Shown here: positions 31,480 through 39,607 of the stretch, piece after piece | How positions within the stretch are numbered: the first letter of the stretch is position 1 | Layout: each line of letters opens with the position of its first letter | DNA from: an uncultured Eubacteriales bacterium | Lineage (GTDB): Bacteria > Bacillota > Clostridia > Oscillospirales > Oscillospiraceae | Assembly (NCBI GenBank): GCA_900547315.1 | Contig: URGI01000001.1 | Coordinates: 12,639 to 76,638, forward strand | DNA: 64,000 bases | Reading direction: 5' to 3' | The notes under the pieces: generated by a model | What the model saw: only the letters and a program-made list of their open reading frames with translations | Database searches by the model: none | What the model was told of the DNA's origin: nothing | Translations under genes and position numbers: made by a program

Positions 31480-32055
31480 ATGGGCGAAAGAAATGCCGAC
31501 TCTCGCGGGAAGAAGATAGTTTTCGTATCCAACTGCCTGCTCAACGCCAACAACAAGGTTCAGGAGTTTGCACGCTACCCCGGAATGTTTTTCGAGATAC
31601 TCACCACGCTCAACAGGTATGGCATCGGCGTCGAGCAGATGCCATGCCCGGAGACGCTGTACGCCGGAAACCAGCGCTGGTGGCACTCCCGCAATCTTTA
31701 CGATAATGCGGGCTTCAGAAGATTCTGCCGCGAGCTTGCCGAGCGGACGGTCGACTACATCGAGAACTACGGCATAGTAGGCTATCAGGTGGTCGGTATT
31801 CTGGTCTGCGACGGGTCCCCGACCTGCGGCTACTCCATCTCCAGCTATTACGAAAACGGCGGCGGTCATCCTGCCGAGCCGGTACGCAGCTTTAAAGAGC
31901 GCCCCGGCATATATACGGAGGAATTGCTCAAGGCGGTCGAGGCGCGGGGCGTGAAGCTCCCGCCGATATACGGCCTGCCGGTGGACGACAGAGATCGCAC
32001 CAACGAGCAGATAATCGCCGATTTTGACAGTTTCATTAATTCCAATCTCACCTAA
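31480..32055 (+). CDS. DUF523 family protein (TudS-like: three conserved Cys, [4Fe-4S]-dependent 2-thiouracil desulfidase family)
   Basis: IVFVSNCLL..., MPCPET and GSPTCGY match the three Cys-containing motifs of DUF523/TudS. Start at the ATG at 31480 with a GAGAGGAG RBS. Confidence 0.6.
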   Translation: MGERNADSRGKKIVFVSNCLLNANNKVQEFARYPGMFFEILTTLNRYGIGVEQMPCPETLYAGNQRWWHSRNLYDNAGFRRFCRELAERTVDYIENYGIVGYQVVGILVCDGSPTCGYSISSYYENGGGHPAEPVRSFKERPGIYTEELLKAVEARGVKLPPIYGLPVDDRDRTNEQIIADFDSFINSNLT

Positions 32056-32170
32056 TTTATATCGCGCTCGCTCCGGCTCCCCCCTTGCCGGAGTGAGCGC
32101 ACCTCCCCCTGCTTCTGGCTCATAGTGAGCATAGATTTATTTAGAAAAACAGAGAAGGGTTGTATTTACT

Positions 32171-33433
32171 ATGGGAATGACATTTGCACAGAAAGCTCTG
32201 GCAAGAGCCGCAGGCAAAGATTATGTTGATATAGGCGAAATCGTCATGGCGAACGTCGACGTGGCCATGATGGACGATATACTCGGCCCCAGAATCGAGA
32301 TCGCAGCCGGTTTGAAAGAACTGGGCGTTGACGTCTGGGACAAGTCCAAGGTCGTTGTCATAAGCGACCACTACACTCCTCCCTGCGAGATAAAGCAGGC
32401 TGAGGCCGTCCGCTTCACGCGCGACTGGTCCGAGGAGCACGAGGTGTCCTACTACGAGTACGCAGGACCGTGTCATCAGGTTCTGGCCGAGCGCTGCTAT
32501 GACCAGCCCGGCACCCTCGTCGTCGGCACCGACTCCCACACCTGCATGGCAGGCGCTTTCGGCGCGTTCGGCACCGGCATCGGCTCTACCGAGATGCTCG
32601 GCGTCGTCGCCACCGGCCAGATCTGGCTCAAGGTTCCCGAAAGCTTCCGCATTGAATGGAAAAACAAGCTCCCCGCGGGCGTATTTGCCAAGGACATGGT
32701 TCTCTATGACTGCGGCAAGATCGGCCACTCCGGAGCCACATATAAAGCACTTGAGTACTGCGGCGATATGATAAGCGCCCTGTCAATGGACGAGCGCATG
32801 GCCATCTCCAACATGGCCGTTGAGATGGGCGCGAAGGCCGGCTACATCCCGGCCGACGAAAAGACCCTCGAATACATCAAGGCGCACGGCGAGCTCAAGA
32901 ACTACGCGATGCTCTATCCCGACGCGGACGCCGTCTACGAGCGCAACTACGTGAACGACGCGGCGGCGCTTGTACCGCAGGTCGCCTGCCCGCACCACGT
33001 CGACAATGTCCACCCCGTCACCGAGGTGGAGGGCACCAAGCTCACCCAGGTCTACATCGGCTCCTGCACCGGCGGCAGAATTTCCGACCTGCGCACCGCA
33101 GCAAAGGTGCTCAAGGACAGGAAAGCGGCTCCCGGAATGCGCTTCCTCGTCTCCCCGGCCTCCAGAGAGGTCTACAAGATGGCGCTTAACGAAGGCATAC
33201 TCGATATCCTCACCGACGCCGGCGCGGTCATCGTCGCCCCGTCCTGCGGACTCTGCCTCGGCGCGCACACCGGCATACTCGCAGCCGGCGAGAGCTGCAT
33301 CTCCACCAGCAACCGCAACTTTATCGGACGTATGGGCAGCAAGAATGCGAACGTCTACCTCGGCTCTGCGGCAACCGTCGCAGCTTCCGCGATAGAGGGA
33401 CGTATAGCCGATCCAAGAAAGTATTTTGAATAA
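32171..33433 (+). CDS. Aconitase-family hydro-lyase large subunit, short LeuC-type (3-isopropylmalate / citramalate / dimethylmaleate dehydratase-like)
   Basis: 420-aa short-form LeuC with Fe-S ligand motifs GSCTGGR and APSCGLCLG. It is sited in a catabolic operon, not with leuAB. Confidence 0.8.
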   Translation: MGMTFAQKALARAAGKDYVDIGEIVMANVDVAMMDDILGPRIEIAAGLKELGVDVWDKSKVVVISDHYTPPCEIKQAEAVRFTRDWSEEHEVSYYEYAGPCHQVLAERCYDQPGTLVVGTDSHTCMAGAFGAFGTGIGSTEMLGVVATGQIWLKVPESFRIEWKNKLPAGVFAKDMVLYDCGKIGHSGATYKALEYCGDMISALSMDERMAISNMAVEMGAKAGYIPADEKTLEYIKAHGELKNYAMLYPDADAVYERNYVNDAAALVPQVACPHHVDNVHPVTEVEGTKLTQVYIGSCTGGRISDLRTAAKVLKDRKAAPGMRFLVSPASREVYKMALNEGILDILTDAGAVIVAPSCGLCLGAHTGILAAGESCISTSNRNFIGRMGSKNANVYLGSAATVAASAIEGRIADPRKYFE

Positions 33434-33451
33434 TCGGGAGGGAGAATAAAA

Positions 33452-33946
33452 ATGGATTCTGTAATCACCGGAAAGGTATGGAAATTCGGAGATGACATCA
33501 ATACCGACATAATATCTCCCGCCGAATACATGGACGCCAGCTACGGGGTTATCGGTAAGCACGCGATGGAGCGCGCGTTCCCCGGCTTCGCGGATGCTAT
33601 TGCACGGGGTGATATAATCGTTGCAGGTAAAAACTTCGGCTCCGGCTCCAGCCGCGAGACAGCGCAGATCGCTCTCATTTACGCGGGCGTCGGCGCGGTC
33701 ATTGCGAAGGACTTCGCCCGTATCTTCTTCAGAAACTGCATTAACGTCGGCCTGCCCGTTGTCAACTTTGCGGACACCGACAAGCTCAATCAGGGCGATG
33801 AGATACGCGTCAACTTCCTCTCCGGCGTGATCGAGGATCTCACCACCGGCGAGACCTATCACGGCAGCCGTCTGCCTGAAAACGTGCTTGCAATCGTGCA
33901 GGACGGCGGACTGAAGGAGCACCTGAAGAAAAGCCTCAAAAAATAA
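33452..33946 (+). CDS. Aconitase-family hydro-lyase small subunit, short LeuD-type
   Basis: 164-aa protein with N-terminal KFGDDINTDIISP and a GSSRE region typical of the LeuD swivel domain. Confidence 0.8.
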   Translation: MDSVITGKVWKFGDDINTDIISPAEYMDASYGVIGKHAMERAFPGFADAIARGDIIVAGKNFGSGSSRETAQIALIYAGVGAVIAKDFARIFFRNCINVGLPVVNFADTDKLNQGDEIRVNFLSGVIEDLTTGETYHGSRLPENVLAIVQDGGLKEHLKKSLKK

Positions 33947-33982
33947 GTAAAAACTTATATATATTTTCACGGAGGTAAAACA

Positions 33983-35173
33983 ATGGCAACACTGAAGACA
34001 ACCTTTGCCGGAGTTTCCATGCCGAACCCGTTCATGCTCGCATCCGCGCCTCCCACGACCAACTGTGAGATGGTAGCCCGCAGCTTTGACGCCGGCTGGG
34101 GCGGCGCCGTGCTCAAGACCATGGCATATGATCTGAGAATGGCACGCAATGTAAACCCGCGCATAGCGGCCTATAAGGTTGGCAAGTCCATCCACGGCTT
34201 TACTAACTTCGAGCTCGGCAGCCCGAAGCCCATCTCCAAGTGGCTTGAGGACGCGCGCTGGCTGAAGGAACGCTTCCCCGAACACGCCGTGTTCGTCAGC
34301 CTTCTGCACACGGAAGGTCTCGTCGAGGAACAGTGGCGCGAAGTGACCAGAATGTTCAACGATGCCGGTATCGACGGCTTCGAGCTGAACTTCTCATGCT
34401 CCCACGGTATGGCGGAAGCGGGCGGCGGCGCTCAGGTCGGCGGCAACGAGGAGGCTATAAAGATGGTCACCAACTGGGTCAGATCCGAAACCAATCTCCC
34501 GGTTATGCCAAAGCTTCCCGCAATGGTTCCCAACATCGGCAGCAAGGCTCGCGCGGCTGAGGAAGCCGGCGCAGACGCCATAGCAACGATAAACACCCTC
34601 AATTCCATTCCCGGAATCGACATCTATAATTTCGTCCCGTATCCCACGGTCGACGGCAAGAGCGCATTTTCCGGCATGAGCGGCCGCGCGATAAAGCCCA
34701 TCGCTCTGCGCACCGTCGCTCAGGTCGCCAAGGCCGTCAACATCCCGGTCTCCGGTATCGGCGGCATATACACATGGCAGGATGCGGTAGAGTTCATCCT
34801 CGCGGGCGCGTCCTCTCTGCAGGTCTGTTCCGCGGTCATGGAGAACGGCTACAAGTGCGTCGAGGCGATGAACAAGGGTCTCCTTAAGTATATGGAGGAG
34901 ATGGGCTTTGAGACGATAAGCGACTTCGTCGGCAAGGCGCTGCCCAACATTACCGCGCACAACAATCTTTCTAGAACCTATAAGCTCCACGCCGAGTGCG
35001 ACGAGACCAAGTGCATCGGCTGCTCCCGCTGCGTGGCGGTCTGCAGCGACAGCGCTTACAGCGCAATCAGCATGGACGGCAAGCACGCTTCCGTTGACGC
35101 GGCGAAGTGCGACGGCTGCGGCCTGTGCACTCAGGTCTGCCCGGCCGGAGCGCTCAGCATGAAGGTCAGATAA
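33983..35173 (+). CDS. PreA-like dihydropyrimidine/dihydroorotate dehydrogenase-family flavoprotein with a C-terminal 2x[4Fe-4S] ferredoxin domain
   Basis: 396-aa protein: TIM-barrel DHOD/DHPD-like core plus C-terminal CIGCSRCVAVC...CDGCGLCTQVCP. No PreT-like partner is encoded nearby. Confidence 0.8.
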   Translation: MATLKTTFAGVSMPNPFMLASAPPTTNCEMVARSFDAGWGGAVLKTMAYDLRMARNVNPRIAAYKVGKSIHGFTNFELGSPKPISKWLEDARWLKERFPEHAVFVSLLHTEGLVEEQWREVTRMFNDAGIDGFELNFSCSHGMAEAGGGAQVGGNEEAIKMVTNWVRSETNLPVMPKLPAMVPNIGSKARAAEEAGADAIATINTLNSIPGIDIYNFVPYPTVDGKSAFSGMSGRAIKPIALRTVAQVAKAVNIPVSGIGGIYTWQDAVEFILAGASSLQVCSAVMENGYKCVEAMNKGLLKYMEEMGFETISDFVGKALPNITAHNNLSRTYKLHAECDETKCIGCSRCVAVCSDSAYSAISMDGKHASVDAAKCDGCGLCTQVCPAGALSMKVR

Positions 35174-35194
35174 ACAGCAGGGGAGGCTGAGACA

Positions 35195-36580
35195 GTGAAC
35201 GATATCAACATTATAAACGGTACGATTGTTCGCCCTGAGGGCTGCGAGAAGGCCGATATCGGCATTCGCGGCGGAAAGATAGTCTCAGTGAACAAGCCCG
35301 GCAGCCTGACCGAAGCGGCTGAAAAAACGATAGATGCAAGCGGCCTGTATGTGTTTCCGGGGATGATAGATACCCATGTGCACATCCGCGGCGGTATCCT
35401 CTCCCACCGTGAGAGCTTTGCCTCCGGCACTCAGGCTGCCGCATCCGGCGGCATCACTACGATCATGGAGATGCCGATAGCGAACCCGCCCGCCTCCACG
35501 CCGGAAGCCTTCGATGCGCGGCGCAAGGAAATAGGCGAGCAGGCATATGTCGACTTCTGCATGTACGGCGGCGCCGGAAGCGATAACCTCGACCAGATAG
35601 AGCTGCTGACGAGCCACGGCGCGGCGGCATATAAGACCTTCCTGATGCCTCCCGTGCCCGGCCGCGAGAAGGAATTTTACGGCCTTTGCAGCGAGACTAC
35701 AGAACAGCTCACGGAGGTCATGGAGCGCGTGGCCGCGGTCGGCGGCGTGCTCTGCTGCCACAGCGAGCTGAACGAATACGTTGCTCCCTATGCCGCAAAG
35801 CTTATGGCCGAAGGCCGCAACGGCGTAAAGGCATGGGGCGAGTCGAGACCGATCGAGGCTGAGACGGAAGCCGTAAAGCGCGTCATTGCCGCCGCCGAAA
35901 AGACCGGCTGCAAGGCAGTTATCTGCCATGTCAGCGCACCGGAGACGGTCGAGCTTATCCAGCAGGCGAAGAAGCGCGGCGTGGATATACACGGCGAGAC
36001 CTGCCCGCAGTACATCCTGTATAACTGCGAGAATGCGGAAGCCGCCGGTGTGTTTGCCCGCATGAAGCCGCCGCTCCGCACTCCGGAGACCATGGAGAAG
36101 CTCATGCAGTGCTACGCCGACGGGCTCCTTGAGATAACCGGCAGCGACCATGCGCCGTACACCTACGAGGAGAAGACCCGCAGCGGCGAAGATATATGGC
36201 ATTGCTTCGACGGACTTCCCGGCCTTGAGCTGAGCCTGCGCCTTCTGCTGAACGCGGCATCCGACGGCAGACTCACCTATGAGGAGATCGCCTGCAACAC
36301 GGCCGAGAACCCCGCTGCGCTGTTTGGTATCGACGGCGCGAAGGGCAGGATCGAAGCCGGACGCGACGCCGACCTTGTGCTCGTAGAGCGACTGGACAAG
36401 CCGGAGACGCTGCATAAAGAGCAGCTCGTCACGAAGAGCCGCGAGAGCGCGGTGCTCTACGACGGCACGCAGATGACCCACCGCATCAAAGAAACCCTCG
36501 TGAGAGGAATCACCGTCTTCAAAGACGGCACCATTACCGTAAGCCATGGCTTCGGCCAGCTTATTATACCAAAATCCTAA
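35195..36580 (+). CDS. Cyclic amidohydrolase of the dihydropyrimidinase/hydantoinase/allantoinase family
   Basis: 461-aa protein with the metal-ligand motif DTHVHIR, the carbamylated-Lys region AAYKTFLM and the C-terminal Asp region GSDHAP. GTG start after a GGGGAGG RBS. Confidence 0.8.
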   Translation: MNDINIINGTIVRPEGCEKADIGIRGGKIVSVNKPGSLTEAAEKTIDASGLYVFPGMIDTHVHIRGGILSHRESFASGTQAAASGGITTIMEMPIANPPASTPEAFDARRKEIGEQAYVDFCMYGGAGSDNLDQIELLTSHGAAAYKTFLMPPVPGREKEFYGLCSETTEQLTEVMERVAAVGGVLCCHSELNEYVAPYAAKLMAEGRNGVKAWGESRPIEAETEAVKRVIAAAEKTGCKAVICHVSAPETVELIQQAKKRGVDIHGETCPQYILYNCENAEAAGVFARMKPPLRTPETMEKLMQCYADGLLEITGSDHAPYTYEEKTRSGEDIWHCFDGLPGLELSLRLLLNAASDGRLTYEEIACNTAENPAALFGIDGAKGRIEAGRDADLVLVERLDKPETLHKEQLVTKSRESAVLYDGTQMTHRIKETLVRGITVFKDGTITVSHGFGQLIIPKS

Positions 36581-36603
36581 ATCAACAAAAAAGGAGAACT
36601 ACT

Positions 36604-37590
36604 ATGAGAACAGACATGCGCGGAAGAGATTTTGTTACCCTTCAGGACTTCACCGGTGAAGAGATCCAGACCATTCTGGACGTAGCTTTCCAGCTGAAGC
36701 GCGAGAACGCTATCGGTCAGGCTCACGAGCTGCTCAAGAACAAGACCCTCGGTATGCTCTTTGCACAGCCCTCCACCCGTACCCGCGTCTCCTTTGAGAC
36801 TGGTATGACTCAGCTTGGCGGCCACGCTCAGTATTACAGCGAGGACTCCATGCAGCGCAAGAATAAGGAAACTTGGGCCGACACCGGTCTGGTTCTTTCC
36901 CGTTACCTCAACGCTCTGATGGTTCGTCTGTACGACCTTGAGGAGTACGGCATGGCTCGTGACATCATGAACGAGATCCGCAAGAACACCACTATCCCCG
37001 TCATCAACGGCCTCGACGACAAAGAGCATCCCTGCCAGTGCATGGGCGACCTGATGGTCATTCAGGAGAAGCTCGGCGCAGGCTGGAAGAAGAAAAAGAT
37101 CGTTATGAGCTGGGCATACTCCGACCGCGTCAAGTCCCCCGGCGTTCCTCAGGCAATGCTGACCGCATGCAGCCTGCTCGGCGCAGACATCACCCTCGCT
37201 TACCCGAAGGGATACGAACTTGACGACCAGTACATGGAGTTCGCTCAGAACGCCGCAAAGTCCTCCGGCTCCGTCATCAGCGTTACCAACGACATCTACG
37301 AAGCCTGCACCGGCGCAGACGTCATCTACGCAAAGAGCTGGGGCAGCACCCACGGTATGCCCAAGGACGAGGATAAGGAGTACCGCAAGCAGTTCGCCAA
37401 GGATTGGTGCATCTCCGACAAGCACTTCGAGCTTGCAAATCCTGTTTCCTACTACATGCATCCGCTGCCCGCAGCACGCCACGAGGAAGTCACCGACGAA
37501 GTCATCGACGGACCGCACTCCATCGTTTACGATCAGGCCGAGAACCGTCTGCACGCTCAGAAGGCAGTCCTCGCTCTGCTCATGAAGTAA
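36604..37590 (+). CDS. Carbamoyltransferase of the ATC/OTC family with divergent second-substrate motifs (substrate unknown)
   Basis: Carbamoyl-phosphate motifs STRTR and HPCQ are present. The positions equivalent to OTC SMG and HCLP read SWG and HPLP. No arcA or arcD is in the window. Confidence 0.8.
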   Translation: MRTDMRGRDFVTLQDFTGEEIQTILDVAFQLKRENAIGQAHELLKNKTLGMLFAQPSTRTRVSFETGMTQLGGHAQYYSEDSMQRKNKETWADTGLVLSRYLNALMVRLYDLEEYGMARDIMNEIRKNTTIPVINGLDDKEHPCQCMGDLMVIQEKLGAGWKKKKIVMSWAYSDRVKSPGVPQAMLTACSLLGADITLAYPKGYELDDQYMEFAQNAAKSSGSVISVTNDIYEACTGADVIYAKSWGSTHGMPKDEDKEYRKQFAKDWCISDKHFELANPVSYYMHPLPAARHEEVTDEVIDGPHSIVYDQAENRLHAQKAVLALLMK

Positions 37591-37657
37591 GAATTTAATA
37601 AGAAGTAACATAAACAAAAGCAAGATCAGACGATTCCCACTCTGCGAATGAAATAAT

Positions 37658-37715
37658 CGGGGCAGGAGGAGAACCTGCCCCGTGTTGGAAAGCGATCCGC
37701 GGTCGCTTTTCTCCG
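37658..37715 (+). terminator. Tandem hairpins ending operon 1 (CGGGGCAGG/CCTGCCCCG, then AGCGATC/GGTCGCT plus TTTTCTCC)
   Basis: 9-bp GC stem at 37658-37682. A second 7-bp stem at 37691-37707 is followed by a U-rich tract. Confidence 0.5.
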
Positions 37716-37788
37716 CAGGCCGTATGCTCAGTCGCGAGGGTATGCGAGGCGGAAAACATAAAGCAACATTTAGAGGAGGAAAAAATTT

Positions 37789-37938
37789 ATGTTCGGATTA
37801 CCGTTCCCAACCTATCTTGGCTGGCTTCTCGGCCCCGGCGTCATGATCTTCACGTTCTTGACAAGCTTTATCCTTTATAAGAACTATCTTAAAAAGGAAG
37901 CTGCCGAGGAAGCAGAAAAGAACAGCAAAGATAAGTAA
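37789..37938 (+). CDS. Small single-TM peptide (49 aa) immediately upstream of the SSS symporter (possible symporter accessory subunit)
   Basis: GAGGAGGA RBS 8 nt before the ATG at 37789. Translation is MFGLPFPTYLGWLLGPGVMIFTFLTSFILYKNYLKKEAAEEAEKNSKDK. It is absent from the ORF track because it is under 60 aa. Confidence 0.4.
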   Translation: MFGLPFPTYLGWLLGPGVMIFTFLTSFILYKNYLKKEAAEEAEKNSKDK

Positions 37939-37992
37939 ATAGCATATACCAGCAGAAACCTATCATGGCATAAAGTGACAGGAGGAAACCAA

Positions 37993-39483
37993 ATGGATAG
38001 TAAAATCAAAATAATGGGTTATGCGGTCCATGGCTTGTACTTCGTTGGTATGCTGGCTATCGGTTATTTTTGCAACAAGAAGTATGCAAACAATGTTGAT
38101 GGCTTCTTTGCCGGCGGCAAGAACCTTGGCCCATGGGTCTTCGCACTTACCTACGGTTCAACTTATCTCAGCTCTTCGACGTTTGTCGGCAACACCGCCA
38201 CGGCTTACTCCGGCGGTCTTGCCTACCTTTTCATGCCCCTTGCGCAGATGCTCTTACTCCCCCTCGGACTTATCTTCTTCTCCCACATCCTGCGTAAGAT
38301 GAGTCAGTCATTGGATGTTGTCACTATCCCTGCATATCTTGAAAAACGTTTCAAGAGTCCCGCTGCCGGAATGATAACCTCCCTCATTATCGTCATTTTC
38401 TTCATTCCCTATCTCGTTGGCATAGTCAAGGCATCGGCGCTTTCGCTGGGTGCTCTTCTTGGCGTTGAGTACAAAATCGGTGTTCTCGTTATCGCGTTCA
38501 TCAGTTTTGTTTATCTCATGTTCGGCGGCTATATGGCTCGCTGCTACACTGACGTGGTTCAGGGTGTGATGATGGTCGTCGGTATGATGGCGGTTGTTAT
38601 TGCCGGCTTCTTCATTGTCGGCGGACCGAGCGCCATTACCGAAGGCGTGAAGGCAGCCGATCCCGCGCTCCTTGAGACCCCCGGTCCTAAGGGCTGGAGC
38701 GCACTGTTCCTCTATTCCACTGTTTTTGCAATAGCCCCGTGGGGACTTCCCACTCTCGTTCAGACCAACTTCACCATAGGCAACAGAAAGCATGTTTACA
38801 CCGCCGCTATCGTTCTGTCCATTTGGATATCCTGTGTCCTCTTCGGCTCCATGATAATCGGCAACATGGGCCGCGCCTTCTACGGCAACGCTCTTGTTGA
38901 TAATCCTGACTCCCTGTTCCCGACGCTGGTTATTGACTGGTTCCCGAACCTCTTCGGTGCTATAATTATCGTTGCGGTCATCTGCGCGGCAATGTCTACA
39001 ATTGACGGCACGCTGATGAACTCCGGCGCCGCTGTCGGCCTTGATATATACAAGCGTTTTATCAAGAAGGACGCGAGCGACAAGAAGGTCATTACGATCT
39101 CCAACATAGCAATGGGCGTTATCACGCTTGTCGTTATAATCTGGGCGTTTGATCCTCCCGCAATGGTGCTCACCCTCACAAGCTACGCGTTCTCTCTGGT
39201 CGCTGCCGGACTTATCGTTCCCACCTATGCGGGTCTTTACTGCAAGAAGCTCACCAGCGCAGGCTGCGTGGTTGGTATTCTTGCCGGTCTTGGCTTCTGC
39301 CTGCTGTGGTACATTACCGGTACGCCGCTTGGGATCCCTCCGTTCGTTGTCGGTATGGTCGCCTCCGCGATCGCTCTCTTCGGCGTCAGCAAGTTCACCA
39401 AGCCCCTGCCTCAGGAGTTTATTGACGATCTGTTCGCAAAGCTCAAGAACAACGCATACGTTACGGAAACTGTGGAAAAGTAA
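37993..39483 (+). CDS. Sodium:solute symporter (SSS) family transporter
   Basis: About 496-aa protein with 13-14 predicted TM helices and the SSS-family pattern. ATG at 37993 after an AGGAGGA RBS. Confidence 0.8.
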   Translation: MDSKIKIMGYAVHGLYFVGMLAIGYFCNKKYANNVDGFFAGGKNLGPWVFALTYGSTYLSSSTFVGNTATAYSGGLAYLFMPLAQMLLLPLGLIFFSHILRKMSQSLDVVTIPAYLEKRFKSPAAGMITSLIIVIFFIPYLVGIVKASALSLGALLGVEYKIGVLVIAFISFVYLMFGGYMARCYTDVVQGVMMVVGMMAVVIAGFFIVGGPSAITEGVKAADPALLETPGPKGWSALFLYSTVFAIAPWGLPTLVQTNFTIGNRKHVYTAAIVLSIWISCVLFGSMIIGNMGRAFYGNALVDNPDSLFPTLVIDWFPNLFGAIIIVAVICAAMSTIDGTLMNSGAAVGLDIYKRFIKKDASDKKVITISNIAMGVITLVVIIWAFDPPAMVLTLTSYAFSLVAAGLIVPTYAGLYCKKLTSAGCVVGILAGLGFCLLWYITGTPLGIPPFVVGMVASAIALFGVSKFTKPLPQEFIDDLFAKLKNNAYVTETVEK

Positions 39484-39607
39484 CACGCACGTTTCACTCC
39501 AAGATTCCCGTGTATCGAGGTTGGCCACCTCGATATGCGGGATGATAAAAAACGAGCATAAACTAAAAATTTAACGTAAGTTTTACACATCCAAAAAGGG
39601 AGATCTG

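Noticed and set aside
27874-37590. Carbamate kinase plus carbamoyltransferase read as an arginine deiminase (arcABC) pathway
   Set aside because: No arginine deiminase or arginine/ornithine antiporter is present. The transferase has SWG and HPLP instead of the ornithine-specific SMG and HCLP. The two genes are separated by seven unrelated catabolic genes within one operon.
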